Shown here: positions 40,613 to 56,258 of the stretch, in pieces
Numbering within the stretch: the first letter of the stretch is position 1
Layout: each line of letters starts with the position of its first letter
From: the human T2T-CHM13v2.0 reference genome, Homo sapiens
Direction: 5' to 3' (one strand)
DNA: 64,000 nucleotides
Assembly (NCBI RefSeq): GCF_009914755.1
Contig: NC_060931.1
Program-made: the position numbers and the translations under genes
Notes under the pieces: model-generated
Database searches by the model: none
What the model was told of the DNA's origin: nothing
The model's input: only the letters and a program-made list of their open reading frames with translations

Positions 40613-41604
40613 GAAATGTTCTTTATGTAAAGGTATTACCTGTTTGATCAAAATATTACTATAAAATCTTCAAGGTGGGAGTTTGGAAAAACAGAAGCAG
40701 TCACAAAGAGGGTTTATTTTCACTAGACAGAAAGTAAAGACAGACTTCAGGAGAGATGAACAATGTTGGAAGGGCTTTGGTACTCTGGGAAGTGTGTGTG
40801 TTTGTGTATTGTGTTGTTGCTATTAATACTAAGTCCCTACCTGAGCCATACGGATAAACAATAGAGGAGATGTGGTTCCACAAAAGAAAACAGAGGGACT
40901 GCTCCACATTTGTATAATGAGGATAGTATCTCTTAAATCATAGTACTGAGGTGAGGATTAAATGGAATAAAGTATATATTGCCTGATGGATGCAATGAGT
41001 GGCCCAAAATAAGTGCTCAACAAATGGTGGTACTAGGAGTAATAATAATTTTTATTTTTGTTTGTAAATAGGATGATTTTTATTGTTGTTAAAGTAGTAA
41101 TTTTCTAAAACAGTTTTAGGGTCATATTTGTTATCTTAATTATTTTATCAGCCTACAAATGAAGGATAATTATTTGAATATAATCTTTGCAGAGCCATTA
41201 TGTAAAGGTGGCACTTCCTCCAATTATATCCTTAATTTGTTTATTATCTCCATGCCTAATCAAGGTCCTCTGAATTACCACAATAAAATTTTCTGTATCT
41301 TAAAAAAAAAAATACTGAGTCAAGAATTTGAATGCATGGTTGAAAACCTAAACTAAGACATCATCTTACAGCAATGTACTATCATATCATAGTCATATAC
41401 TACCAAATATTTAATAACTTTATGAGAGTATATCTTCTCTCTGTAAGGACAGCTTTTTGAATGGTAATGCTTTATATTTTTGTGTCCCTAAGAGTATCTA
41501 GCACTATTAATCAGATTAATATGTAATCTGACTACATAGTAGATGCTCAATGAGTATCTTGAGCTGGAAAGTTAGGCTTTCCAGCTCTAAAAATAAATTC
41601 TTAA

Positions 41605-41926
<322 letters not shown>

Positions 41927-44715
41927 ACAAAATGGTTTTTATTAATTCTGAAGTACACATCAATGCATATATTTTATTTTAGCTTTTCCTTTTAGTCTCT
42001 TCAAGGATTTACTGTAGTCAAATCCATTTAATAAAGAGTTATTTATTTTACATAAATTCAGTGCATTGTAATAGAGAGTAGGGAGGACACCAGCTGTATT
42101 TCCACTTGATGACTGGTATCTTTTAAATATATTTGTGTATGCCAAGTCTAGGTAGTGAGGAAAATGTTTTGCCTAAGATTTGCATCTAATTAACACATAA
42201 GGGAAAAATTCCTATATCAATGGAAGTAACATAATCACTTATTCAAACAGTCTTTCAGAATTTACTATGAATTTGACTTATGTAGGGAATACGGGTAAAT
42301 GTTAGGTGCCTTAATCATGCCTCAACTTTTTTTCCTTTTACCTCTAAGTTTATACTGTCTGTGAATTATCGAAGCATTTACAAGTGATTTGATAATGTAT
42401 CCAGATATTTTTTATATAAGCAAGCTATACTAAATTATTTTAAATTTGAATTCCATACCAAAGGTGTTTGGCAACTCTTCTGGTGCACTAAGATTTTAAC
42501 TAAACTCTTCGCTGGGGAGAACATGGTTGGAAATTACGTAGTACATAAGTTCCTTGTACTGTGGTATTTTTCTTAGTTGATTTACTTTTGCAATCATTAT
42601 ATTTATTATTAACTAGCCAAATCAAATTAAACCTGCTGTATTTAGAGGAAACATGGCCTTTGTGTTCTGTGCTGAAACATTTTATCCAAAAACTGACCAT
42701 CAGCAAATTTCATCAATATTGAGTTCCATTGTCCAGTGTGAAGCAGAACCTTCCCCCACTGCACATACACTCATGGGTAGAGGACTCAAAGAGGAGGGCA
42801 ATAACATGGTCTGTTGCTTTTTATTTATGAAAACATGGTTCTCATTTTGTCTGCTCTGGATAGGAATAAAGTAGCACATTGCGAACACTTTTACTGTTCA
42901 CTTATCTGTAGAAAATGGTTTCCATGAACAAATTTAAATAAGGGAGAAATATGCTTAGATTTTTTTTTGTGTGTGTAGAACAAATGCTGCCATCGTATAA
43001 TATTTCTTTTTGCTTGGCAACACTGCTGAGATCAGCAGAACTTGTCGGCGCTGTAAACTGTCTAATAAATTTCCTGTCCTACTATATATTAAAAATAACG
43101 CAGTGATCTGACAGACATATCATCAGTAGAAATGACTGTTCATGCAAAATGATCTAGTGCTGAGATTAGTTTAATTTTATTGGTGTTAGTGAATGTTTTA
43201 TATTGTAGAAAGTCATAAGAGATCTTGTTATTCATGTCCCCTATTAATCTTGATAATATGGAAGTTAATCTTTTAATTACTGAATTGTAGCTACTGTAAT
43301 ATATTTGGTGGTGGCTGGCGGTAAGTTGCCTCCCTGACTGGTCCTCTTCTGATAGGTGCTTTTTGTGGAGAATTTCACCTACTATTGCAGCTTGAAGAAA
43401 CTAAGTTATTACATGAATAGAGTGGTAAAACACATGTAAATATGTGTAACATATAGAGTATTCATTATAACAATCAAAGTCCCAGAAAGAAACTATCAAA
43501 CTTAGATAACACGAGACATAAAGGAAGATAGAATTTAGAGACTTATGTCAGGATTAAGGAAACCAGCAAGGAAGTTGGATAATTTAGAGACTAGCAATAT
43601 TGAGATGCCATTAGTAGTCCAATGACAGCTGGAGTCCTTGGACAACGGGTGCAGGACAGGAACCGCTGTAACAGAGGGATAAAAGCACTGTCAGAAAACA
43701 CATCTTAGATAGAGAGTGAGGAATACACAGACATCGTTCTCTCCTTACCCTCTGATCACTGCCACCTCCCACTGGCTGAGTACAAATGGGAGCCAGTTGG
43801 CAAGATGGAGTCTGTAGGGTTCAGACTCTTGAAGAATAGAGAAAGGGTACAGAGAAAGGCTGAAAATGTATCTGGGGCATGGTAGGTGGACAATATGTGA
43901 ATAACCAGCAAACTCTAGCAACAATAAGCTTATTAAGATAGCCTGTGTGATGGTTATTTCTACTACGAATTTTTCTACTTTAGGCACCAGTTCGAGCCTT
44001 ACTTGTAAGGCATGGACATTTAACAATACTTGGAGAGGTTTTTTAAATCAGAACTTACCGTGATGTGGCTCGGTGGCTTCTGGTGTGAAGATTTATAGTG
44101 GGGGCTAGATGCCTCTAGTAAGTGGGCTTGGGTGGTGCCTCAAACTCAAATATCCATTTGCATCTCCTCATGTACATAGAGGTCAGGAAGCCCAGGAAAA
44201 AAGTCTTTGATCTCTGTTCACCAACAGAGTTCAATATAATGGTTAAAGAGACGGCTCCAACAAATGGTAGTCTGCAAAAATAAAGGGAAAATGGTCTGTC
44301 AATCCAGCAATGGAGCCTGGGTTAGCAGAGAAGTGTAGGTTACAACTATATGACTGATTCTCAGCAGTTCTACTACTTCTCACCTTATTGCCTGGGAAAT
44401 TTTTGCTGGAACAGTGTTGTGGTGCTGGTGGTGGTGATGGAACCAGAGGAAGCAGTCTGCCACACAGATGACTTTCTGTCTTCCTTACAAGGAAGGCACA
44501 CTAACATCTTCTGTGTACATGACTCAACCCCCTGTTGTGTCAGCCTGGGAAGCCTAAAAATTAAAGTGAAGCTGGAAAGGTTTATTGCTGTCTCTGTCAC
44601 CACAGTTTTAATGTGTAGGTTGTTATGTATATTACCACTCTTATCAATTGTTTTATTGTTGATATTTTATGCATTAAATAGGCTTTGTGATTTGACTGAT
44701 TTTCTGCCTCCAGAA

Positions 44716-44935
44716 CAGAGTTTCTCAATTGCAACATTATTGGCACTTCAGGATGGATAATTCTTTGTTTTGGGAAACTGTCCTGTGCATTGTAGGATGT
44801 CTAGCAGCATTCTTATTCTCTACCCACTGTATGCCTGTAAGCATCCCTTTCTCCCGGTCGTGACAACCAAAAATGTCTCTAGATTGTGCCAAATGTTTGC
44901 TTGGGGCACAACGTCACCTCTGGTTGAGAACTACC
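44716..44935. mobile_element. MER20 (hAT-Charlie)
   Basis: cagagtttctcaa...ggataattctttgt...gtgacaaccaaaaatgtctc...gttgagaac. Confidence 0.75.
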
Positions 44936-45927
44936 TTTCTGGAAGAACTTGATGTGATAACTCTTAGTAAAATTTCTTTTTTCATATATTCTTAATATGT
45001 ACAACACATATTAAAAGTTTCATATTCTGAATTTTCTTTTTCTTGTTTCTGTGAGGAGCCATTCAGCATTGTAAAAATGCATTGGTGATGTTTTGTGTTA
45101 TAGCAATTTCTCTTAGCTCTACAGATACAAATGTTGGGGGAGGCTCTCTTAAGAGGGCAACCTTCACATTAAGCAAAAATGCTACAAATGTAGCTTATTT
45201 GTAGATATATTCTATTTGAATATGTTCATCTATAAATGTTCTATTACATATGAGAATAGAAATTCAAATGAATTAGAGGAGCTTAGCTTAAAGAATAAGG
45301 CTGGAGAAATGGAAAAATTGCATTAGTTTTTCAGCACACATACACCCAAAATATAACATTGTAGTAAAATTCAAAATGTCAGCATTTTGAAGTAGTTTGT
45401 TTTAGATACAGGGAAAACAGATTTCCTCAAAACGTAATATTTTAAAAGATGTGTCCAAACAGAATTTTCCTGTGTTCAAAGATAATAAACTTTATATCCA
45501 ACACATTTAATTTGCTAATAAAAACTATTCATTCTTAAGAAATTTCTAAAAGGCATACAATAAACGAGTACTTCGTTATTTCCCAAAAGGCTTAATTCCA
45601 AAAACAAGCAAACTCAAATTTAAACCTGTTTTACAACTGTGTTAAGTATATCAATTACATTACTTTTTGCTATAAAACCTCTTCTGATAGAAAGCAGCAA
45701 AAATTACGTCTGTGTTCTGCATGCCAAATCTTCACAGTGTTTCCCAGCTGCATTGGTGTTCCAAGCCAGGCTCTTTCTCTTTAGAGTCAGTGTAATGAGC
45801 TATAATTGATGGTAGCCATGATGATGGTGAAGCCTGAAGTGAGTATTTCTCATGTAAGCTCATTCAAAGGAGTTTTGAGCAATCATTTCTGTGTCAGAGT
45901 CAAGTTTTTGTGGTGAATGAAAAAAAC

Positions 45928-46265
45928 TATACATACATATATATGTATGTATATATACACATACATATATACATACATATACATATGTATATATATACAT
46001 ACATATACATATGTATATATATACATACATATATACATATATATACATACATATACATATGTATATATATACATACATATATACATATATACAGATATGG
46101 TATATGTATGGTATATGTATGTATGGTATATACATATATACACATATATACATATGTATGTATACATACATATACATATGTATATATATACATACATATA
46201 CATATGTATATATATACATACATATACATATGTATATATATACATACATATATATGTATATATAT

Positions 46266-46297
<32 letters not shown>

Positions 46298-46299
46298 GT
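45928..46299. repeat. Complex (TA/CA) microsatellite or minisatellite
   Basis: Recurrent unit tatatatatacatacatatacatatg. Confidence 0.95.
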
Positions 46300-48349
46300 A
46301 AACATTCATTTTGGACCTGATAACATTTTTTTTTTCCTTTTACCAGCCAATAAATCTTAGAGTTTTTTTCTTGTTGTGGAGATTTATAGGTGGATTCATT
46401 TTCCAGAGCTTAAGCTTCCTCCATTCTATCAATGATATTTTCCTCAAAGTGCCTTTGATAGCTTAAATAGCCTTGAGAAGAAAGTTTATAAATTAAGTAT
46501 AAGATTAATAAGTATATTTACTTCGTTCTTTGGGGGCTGATGCAATTTCACTGCAGATTTTTAAAGCAGTGTGCAGCATTTCATATCATTAGGAAGTGGA
46601 ATGGGTATATAACATTAAATTCAATAATGTCCTGGTAAGTAGTGCTTATATTCGAATACTTAAAGCATGCATATTGTTAACTAGAGTTTCATATTTATTT
46701 TAAGGTAATATTTGTATACAATGAAATGCCCATATCTTAAGAAAAATAAATGTAGAGACCCTATATAAAAATGTAAGAAATTCACTTAGGACTCACTGAC
46801 ATGTCCAAACATGAAATCCTAGAGTTGAAAGAGATTATTAGAAGTCCACAAGGTCAAATATTGTAACTCACAACAAAAATCTTTCCCATGGGCATGGTGT
46901 TCCCTGGAATGGCATTTTATAAGAAACACTGAGGAATGATGAGGAATCTGTAGTTATCAAAGGGCTAGTATTCTCTCCTAGGTAAATATCTTTACAACTC
47001 TGTTGCTCAAGTGTTAGTATCTTCATTTTATAGAATAGAAAACCACAGCTGAGGAAGGCAAAGTAACTTGCATATAAAATTACAGATGGAAGGTAGTTGA
47101 GTTGGCACTGAAACCTAAGTTCTTCTAAATTTATGACCAAATCCCCATCACCTTTAAAATGTCATACTGAAACATTTTAAAATCACGTAAAAATCACATT
47201 TTCTGTAAGTGCCTTTTTTATCTCATTATTTTTGAAAAAAATTTTCAAACATTAAGAAAATTTGAATGAATTTATATTTACCCTCTACCTAGGCTTTTCT
47301 ATTCTATATATTGCATTATCACATACTTACCCATCTATACAGCCCTATATCCACCCATCAGTCCTTTCTATTAATGCATTTCAAAGTAAGTTACAAACAT
47401 CAGTATTTCCTCTCAAATAATTTCTCTCAAATATTTAAGAGCACATATTAACTAGACTTTTATATTTACGTTTATATATTTTAAGGTGAGATTTATATAA
47501 AACGAAATGTCCAAATCTTAAGTATACTATGAGATGAGTACGCACAAATACATGTAACTGTGTAACTCAAAACCCTATCAAGATACAGAACTTTGCTCAG
47601 AAGGATTCCTTCATTTGCTTTCCCATTCAATCCCCCTTCTCCACCAATTTTTTTTTTTTTTTTTCTGGCTGGAGTAGTTTTGCCTTTTCTAGGATTTTAC
47701 ATAAATTGAATTGTGGTATTTACTGTTTTGGGTAAAGCTACTTTCACTCCACATACTGCTTTGAGATTCATCAATGTTGTATGTGTTAATACTTATTTTC
47801 TTTGTCTTGTTGAATAGTATTGCACTATAGAATTTACCACATTTTATCTGTTCTCCGATTAAGATCTGAGAAGTTTCTAGTTTTCAGGTATAATGAATAA
47901 ACTGCTATGATCGTATCTGTTCAAGGCTGTTTTGATTTTTAAATAAGAAACTGTGTGTTTTTACCTTTTTATATTCCTACCAACCATGTATGAAAATTTC
48001 AGTTGCTCCACATCCTCACCATCAGTTAGTATTGTCTATATTTTTAATTTTAGCCGTTCTTGTGTTTTTTTTCGTGTAGAGGTTTGTTCTTGTAGAGGCT
48101 TCCAATAGTGGTTCTACTTGTATTTCCCTGATGACTAATGGTAGTGATCACTTTTTCATCCACTCATTGGCCATTTATATGTTTTCTTTTGTGAGCTATT
48201 TATATATTTTATGTTTTTATGTATTTACTTTCATTATTGTGCTATGAGAATTCTTTATATATCCTATATATTAGCCCTTTGTCATATTTTCATTTTGCAA
48301 ATAAATTCTTCTAATCTGGAGTTTAACTATGTATTTATTTATTTACTTT

Positions 48350-51300
48350 GCTTCAACTTTTATTTTAATTTCCAGGGTACAGGCGCAGGATATGCAGGTT
48401 TGTTACCTAGGTAAACGTGTGCCATGGTGGTTTGCTGCACAGATCAACCCATCACCTAGATATTAAGCCCAGCCTCCATTAGATATTCTTCCTGATGTTC
48501 TCCCTTTCCCTGCAGCCCCCAACAGGCCCCAGTGTGTGTTGTTTCCTACCATGTGTCCATGTATTCTCATTGTTCAGCTCCCACTTATAAGTGAGAACAT
48601 TTAGTGTTTGGTTTTCCATTCCTGTGCTAGTTTGCTGAGGATAATGGCCTCCGGCTCCACCCATGTCCCTGCAAAGGACATGATCTCATTCCTTTTTATG
48701 AATGCATAATATTGATGGTGTATACTTACCACATTTTCTTTATCTGGTCTGTCACTGATGGACATTTGGGTTGATTTCATGTCTTTGCTATTGTGAAGAG
48801 TGCTGCAATGAACATACATATACATGTATCTTTATAATAGAATGATTTATGTTCCTTTGGGTATATACCCAGTAATGGGATTGCTGGGTCAAATATATTT
48901 CTGCTTCTAGATCTTTGATGAATCGCCACTCCATCTTCCACGATGGTTGAACTAATTTATATTCCCACCAACAGTGCAAAAGTGTACCTTTTTCTATACA
49001 TCCTTGCCAGCATTTGTTGTTTCTTGATTTTTTACTAATCACCATTCTGACTGGTATGAGATGGTATCTCATTGTGGTTTTGATTTACATTTCTCTGATG
49101 ATCAGTGATGTTGAGCTGTTTTCCATATGATTATTGGCCGTGTGAATGTCTTCTCTTGAGAAGTGTCTGTTCATGTCCTTTGCCCACTTTTTAATGATTT
49201 TTTTTTCTTGTAAATTTATTTAAGTTCCTTGTAGACTCTGGATATTAGACCTTTTTTAGATGGATAGGTTGCAAAAGTTTTCTTCCATTTTGTAAATTGT
49301 CTGTTCACTTTGATGATAACTTCTTTTGAGATGCAGAAACTCTTTAGTTTAATTAGATTCCATTTGTCAATTTTAGCTTTTGTTGCCATTGCTTTTGGCG
49401 TTTTCGTTGTGAAGTCTTTGTCCATGCCTACGTCCTGAATGGTATTGCCTAGGTTTTCTTCTAGGGTTTTTATAATTTTGGGTTTTACATATAAGTCTTT
49501 AATCAATCTTGAGTTAATTTTTGTATCAGGTGTAAGGAAGGGATCCAGTTTCAACTTTTTGCATATGGCTAGCCAGTTTTCCCAACACCATTTATTAAAT
49601 AGGAAATCCTTTTCCCATTGCTTGTTTTTGTCAGGTTTGTCAAAGATCAGATGGTTGCAGCTGTGTGCTCTTATTTTTGGGTTCTCTATTCTGTTCCATT
49701 GGTCAATGTGTTTTTGTACTGATACCATGCTGCTTTGGTTACTGTAGCCTTGTAGTATAATGTGAAGTCAGGTAGTGTGATGCCTGCAGCTTTGTTCTTT
49801 TTGCTTTGGATTCTCTTGGCTATATGAGCTCTTTTTTGGTTCTATATGAATTTTAAAATACTTTTTTTCCAGTTCAGAAGAATGTCAATAGTAGTTTAAT
49901 GGTAATAGCATTGAATCTATAAATTACTTTGGGCAGTATGGCCATTTTCACGATATTGATTCTTCCTATCCATGAGCATGGAATGCTTTTCCATTTGATT
50001 GTGTCTGTCTTCTTTGAATTTTTTCAGCAGTGGTTTCTAGTTCTTCTTGAAGAGGTCTTTCACTTTTTTGTTAGCTCTATTACTAGGTATTTTATTCTCT
50101 TTGTAGCAGTTGTGAATGGGAGTTTGTTCATGATTTGCCTCTCTGCTTATCTGTTGCTGGTGTATAGGAATACTAACAAATTTTGCACATTGATCTTGTA
50201 TCCTAAAACTTTGCTGAAGTTGCTTATCAGCTTAAGTAGCTTTTGGGTGGAGGCATAGTAGCCTTGAATAATCTTTTACATTTCTGTGGTGTCAGTTGTA
50301 ATATCTCCCGTTTCATTTGTAATTGAGCTTATTTGGATTTTCTCTTCTTTTCTTGGTTAATCTTGCTATTGGTCCATCAATTTTATTTATCTTTTCAAAG
50401 AACAAAAAGCTTTTTGTTTCATTTATCTTTTGTATTTTCTTTTTGGTTTCAATTTTATTTAGTTCTGCTCCAATCTTGGTTAGTTCCTTTCTTCTGCTAG
50501 GTTTGGGTTTGGTTTGTTCTTGTTTCTCTCGTTCCTTGAGTTATGACGTTAGATTGTCTATATGTGCTTCCTCAGACTTTTTGGTGTAGGTATTTACCGC
50601 TATGAACTTTCCTCTTAGCATCGCCTTTGCTGTATTCCAGAGGTTTAGATAGGTTGTTCACTATAGTCGTTCAGTTCAAAGAATTTTTCAATTTCCATCT
50701 TGATTTCATTGTTGACCAAATGGTCATTCAGGAGCAGGTTATTTAATTTCCATATATTTGCATGGTTTTGAAGATTCCTTTTGGAATTGATTTCCAGTTT
50801 TATTTCAATGTGGTCTGAGAGAGTACTTGATATAATTTCAATTTTCTTAAATTTATTGAGACTTGTCTTGTGGCCTATCATTGGTCTATCTTTGAGAACA
50901 TTCCATGTGCTAATGAATACAATGTATATCCTGCAGTTGTTGGGTAGAATGTTTTGTAAACATCTGTTAAGTTCATTTGTTCTGGGATGTAGTTTAAACC
51001 CATTGTTTCTTTGTTGAATTTCTGTCTTGATGATCTGCCTAGTGCTATCAGTGGAGTATTGAAGTTCCCCACTATTACTCTGTTGCTATCTCATTAGGTT
51101 TGAGTAATTGTTTTATAAATTGGGGAGCTCCAGTGTTAGGCGCATATATACTAAAAATTGGAATATTTTCCTGTTGGACAGGCCCTTTGTCATTATATAA
51201 TGTCCCTCTTTGTCTTTTTTAACTGCTGTTGCTTTAAAATTTGTTTTGTCTGATATAAGAATAGCTGTTCCTCCTGGCCTTTGGTGTCCATTTACATGGA

Positions 51301-52990
51301 ATATCTTTTTCTGCCCCTTTACCTGAAGTTTATGTGAGTCCTTATGTGTTAGGTGAGTCTCTTGAAGGCAGCAGATAGTTTTTTGGTGAATTCTTATCCA
51401 TTCTGCAATTCTATATCTTTTAAGCGCAGCATTTAGGTCATTTACTTTCAATGTTAGTATTAAGATGTGAGGTACTACTCCATTCATGGTGATTATTTTT
51501 TGCCTGTATATCTTGTTTTTTTTTTTTGATTGTATTTTTGTTTTATAGGTCCTGTGAGATTTATGCTTTAAAGAGGTTCTGTTTTGATGTGTTTCTAGGA
51601 TTTGTTTCAAGATTTAAAGCTCCTTTTAGCAGTTCTTGTAGTGGTGGCTTGGTAGTGGCAAATTCTCTCAACATTTGTTTGTCTGAAAAAAGACTGTATC
51701 TTTCCTTCATATATGATGCTTAGTTTCACAGGATACAACATTCTTGGCTGATAATGTTTTGTTTGAGGAGGCTGATGATAGGGCCCTAATCCCTTCTAGT
51801 TGTAGGATTTCTGTTGAGAAATCTGCTGTTAATTGGATAGATTTTCCTTTGTAGGTTACCTGGTGCTTTTGTCTCACAGCTCTTAAGATTCTTTTCTTTG
51901 TCTTAACTTTAGATAACCTGATGACAATGTGCCTAGGCAATGATCTTTTTGCAGTTAATTTCCCAGGTGTTCTTTGTGCTTCTTGTATTTGGATGTCTAG
52001 GTCTCTAGCAAGGTTGGGGAAGTTTTCCTTGATTATTCTCCCAAATATGTTTTCCAAACTTAGATTTCTCTTCTTCCTCAGGAACACCAATTATTCTTAG
52101 GTTTGGTCGTTTAGCATAATCCCAGACTTCTTGGAAGTTTTGTTCGTATTTTCTTATTCTTTTTTCTTTGTCTTTGTTGGATTGGGTTAATTCAAAGACC
52201 TAGTCTTCGAGCTCTGAATTTCTTTCTTCTACTTGTTCAATTCTATTGCTGAGACTTTCCAGAGTATTTTGCATTTCTGTAAGTGTGTCCAATGTTTCCT
52301 GAAGTTTTGATGTTTTTTTATTTATCCTATGTATTTCATTGAATATTTCTCCCTTCACTTCTTGTATCTTTTTTGAATTTCCTTGCATTGGCTTTGCCTT
52401 TCTCTGGTGCCTCCCTGATTAGCTTAATATCTAACTTCCTGAATTGTTTTTCAGACAAATCAGGGATTTCTTCTTCTTTTGGATCAATTGATGGTGAGCT
52501 AGTGTGATTTTTCGTGGGTGTTAAAGAGCCTTGTTTTGTCATATTACCAGAGTTGGTTTTCTGGTTCCTTCTCATTTGGGTAGGCTCTGTCAGAGGGAAA
52601 GTCTAGGGGTGAAGGCTGTTGTTCAGATTCTTTTGTCCCACGGGGTGTTCCCTTGATATAGTACTATCCCCTTTTTCCTAAAGGACGTGGCTTCCTGAGA
52701 GCTGAGCTGTAGTGATTGTTGTCTCTCTTCTGGGTCTAGCTATTCAGCAAGTCTACCAGGCTCCAGGCTGGTACTGGGGGTTGTCTGCACAGAGTCTTGT
52801 GATGTGAACCATCTATGGGTCTCTCAGCCGTGGATACCACACAGTATTTGGGGTGTGTCCTGGGTCCTGCAGGAGCAATCTGCTTCCTTCAGAGTGTTTG
52901 TAGGTCCTCTTGGGTTTGCTGATTTATTCCTGAAGTTGTTCTGGAGCTAAAATTCACTATGTGAGCCTCCAAACACTGCTCTGTCTGTCC
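48350..52990 (-). mobile_element. Long L1 (3'UTR, ORF2, ORF1, 5'UTR) with an internal ORF2 gap at ~50255; inactive
   Basis: ORF1 remnant MRRNQKTNSGNMTKQGSLTP; endonuclease ICCLQETHL and GNFNTPL; C-terminal ORF2 RYHLIPVRM; many stops and frameshifts. Confidence 0.92.
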
Positions 52991-53029
52991 AAGTTGTAGC
53001 TGCAACGTAGTCCTTCCCCTTAAAATTTT

Positions 53030-53081
53030 TTACAGCCTTTGATTTATAGTCTGTTTTATTTGATGTAGGTATAGCTATTCT

Positions 53082-53114
<33 letters not shown>

Positions 53115-54330
53115 GGTTTTCAGTTGCATGGAATGTCTTTTTTCATCCCTGAATTTTTAGTCTATATGTGTTTACAGGTGAAGTGAGTTTTCTGAAAGCA
53201 GCATATGGTTGGGTTTATTTACTCATTCAGCCACTCTATGCCTTTTAATTGGAGAATTGAGACCATCTACATTTAGTGTTATTATTGATAAGAAAGAGCT
53301 TATTATTGTCATTTTTGTGGTTTGTTTTCTCATTGTTTTGAAGCTCCTCTCTTCTTTTTCTTTCTTTCTTACTGTCTTCCTTTGTGATTAAGTGATTATC
53401 TCTGGTAGTATGTTGCTTTTTATTTTTAGGGGATCTGCCATAGGTTTTTATACTTTGGTTACCATGAGGCTTACAAAATACATATCATAGATATAACAAG
53501 TTATTTTGCAGAGGGGATGACTTATCTTAGATCACAAATAAAAGAATAGAAATAAATATAAGAAAAACACACATAAAAATTCTACACTTTAACTCCATCC
53601 CCCAGCATTTTGACTTTTAGTTGTCTCAATTTAATATTTTATATTACCTATTTCTTAATGGGTTGCTGTGGCTATTATAGTTTTTGATAGATTTGTCTTT
53701 GGGACTTCGTATTAGAGTTATGCATGTATTGCAAACCACAAATTTAATAATAGGTTATTCTGGATTTGTCCATACACTTAATTTTACTAGTAGGTTTTAT
53801 ACCTTGAAAAGTTTTCTTTGGCACTTTTATGTTATTTTTTTTTTTCAGATCGAAGAACTCCCTTTAGTATTTTTTGCAAGGTGGGACTGGTGTTGAATTT
53901 TCTCAGCTTTTATTTGTCTGAGGAAGACTTTATCTTTCATTCAAATCTGAATGACAATTATGCTAGATACACTATTCTTGGGTTACAATTTTGTTCTTTG
54001 AGCACTTTGAAAATGTTGTATCACTCCCTCCTGGCCTGTATGATTTCTGTTGAGAAGTGTGTTGCCAGTTGAATTCGAACTCCTTTATATGTTATTTGCT
54101 TATCTCTCACTGCTTTTAGTATCTTCTCTTTGTCCTTGACCTCTGAGAGTTTGATTATTATATTCCTTGGGGTAGTTTTATTTGGGTTAAATCTGTTTTG
54201 TTTTCTTAGACTTTCCTGTACTTGGATGTTTATATCTTTCTCAACTTTTGGAAACCATGTTTTGGAAGACTCAGTTATTTATTTGAATAAGATTTCCATC
54301 TCTTGCTTTTGCTTGATCCCCTTTGAACAC
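53030..54330 (-). mobile_element. Older L1M fragment (ORF1-ORF2 junction)
   Basis: Antisense endonuclease and ORF1-like sequence. Confidence 0.7.
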
Positions 54331-54553
54331 CGATAATTCAAGAGGGAACCTTGCTGGCTAGCTGCATACAATGCTCTATGATCCTCAATTCTCTCTCTCA
54401 ACTCTTACCACTATGAAGTGTGGTAATAGAGATTCCTTGTCTATGTTTAATAAAATTTCTTTATGATTTCTAAGATTTTGATTCATCTCTATCCTGATTA
54501 TACCCTTGCATTTTTCTAAATTTCACAAGGTCTTCTTTATGTAAACAAGTTTT

Positions 54554-54952
<399 letters not shown>

Positions 54953-56258
54953 TTATATTCCTGGTAGTCTGGTCTGGGAAAAAAAAGTCCCCTACTTCCT
55001 ATTCTTAATACCTTCAAAAATATTGATTAAGAGCATGTTATTTGGAGTAGAGCACAGTTTATGCTATTCCTTGCAATTTAATTAATCAATTAAAGTTTAC
55101 ACATGTGGATACTTTTCTATTTATTTTTAGGTTAGAAATACCAATATGTTTCCTTCAAACTTCCTTATAGAAATAATGAACTTCATCATTAAGAGATTAG
55201 TTACTTCAGTATGGGAATATAATTTCATAACCAGAATAATTAAACATGTTTGTACCTAAAAAGGCATTAGTAATCTTTTCATCAGTGAGACAACCAGAGT
55301 TGTAACTTAACATGCATTTCTTTGGCACATAAGAGAAATTTAAACAGCATTGATCTCTTTAGTACTAGTTGTCTGTACCAGTAGAAATGAAAAAGAGCAT
55401 AATAATTATTTCGCTTATAATCTTCTATTGCTTACAGCCTATTTTTCTTAATTTAAAATGTGTTAGTAACTCACAGAAATATATGGTGAAATATTTCCCG
55501 TTTAGAAAGTGTCTGAAACTATTTCTGCACATATTGACTGTCCATTAGAATGTAGCTTCTGCCTAATCTTTTCTCGCCTTGGAGGGCTAAGAGTGACGCC
55601 CCACATTTTGTCACGTTAAGTACTGTCCAGTTAAATCATGCTTCTTCCCAAATTACCAAGCTATGTGTTAGCATCCCTAAGACATGATAACCATTCTCCA
55701 GTATTGCACACAAGAAGTAAATATATGGTATTCCATCGTTAGACTATTGGGTTCATATTGCTAAGGGTAAATAATTATCACTTATCTTCTGTGCTACTTT
55801 TCAATTAACACCCTCTACCTTTTTCTAAATAAAAAGTTTGGCCATATGGAACTTTACTTCCTGATTCAAAAGAAGGACAGGTAGGAAGAGCCCTTATTTA
55901 TTCTCTGAATTAGTTGATAATTTAGTGGAAAGAAATAACATAAATAAAAATCATTGAATTTGGGAATATGCACAAGGGAAATAACAATGAAGTCAGATGA
56001 AACAAGCTGAATAAGGGAAGTTAGTATAAGATACAAAGCTATAAATCTGTTGATGGAAGGCCAAAGACTTAAAAAATAATGATTTATGTGGATACCATCC
56101 TAAATTGGCCAAATAGTAATATTGTTTCTAATGTGAATTTTATATAATCATGATAATTATGAGCATTTGTTTTTCAATTGGAATGACTTTTGGTAATTAA
56201 GCATAATTGCAATTGCAAGGACATTTTATTTAATTAAAAATGCACAAATTGTTTAATT

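Noticed and set aside
44350-44760. 136-aa ORF
   Set aside because: Non-ATG start, no recognisable domain, runs into MER20; consistent with chance.
45860-46360. Six overlapping 96-149 aa ORFs
   Set aside because: Stop-free TA/CA repeat artefact.
48479-52575. Reverse transcriptase/endonuclease-like ORFs suggesting an active or novel retro-system
   Set aside because: Fragmented LINE-1 ORF1/ORF2 with stops, frameshifts and a missing RT core.
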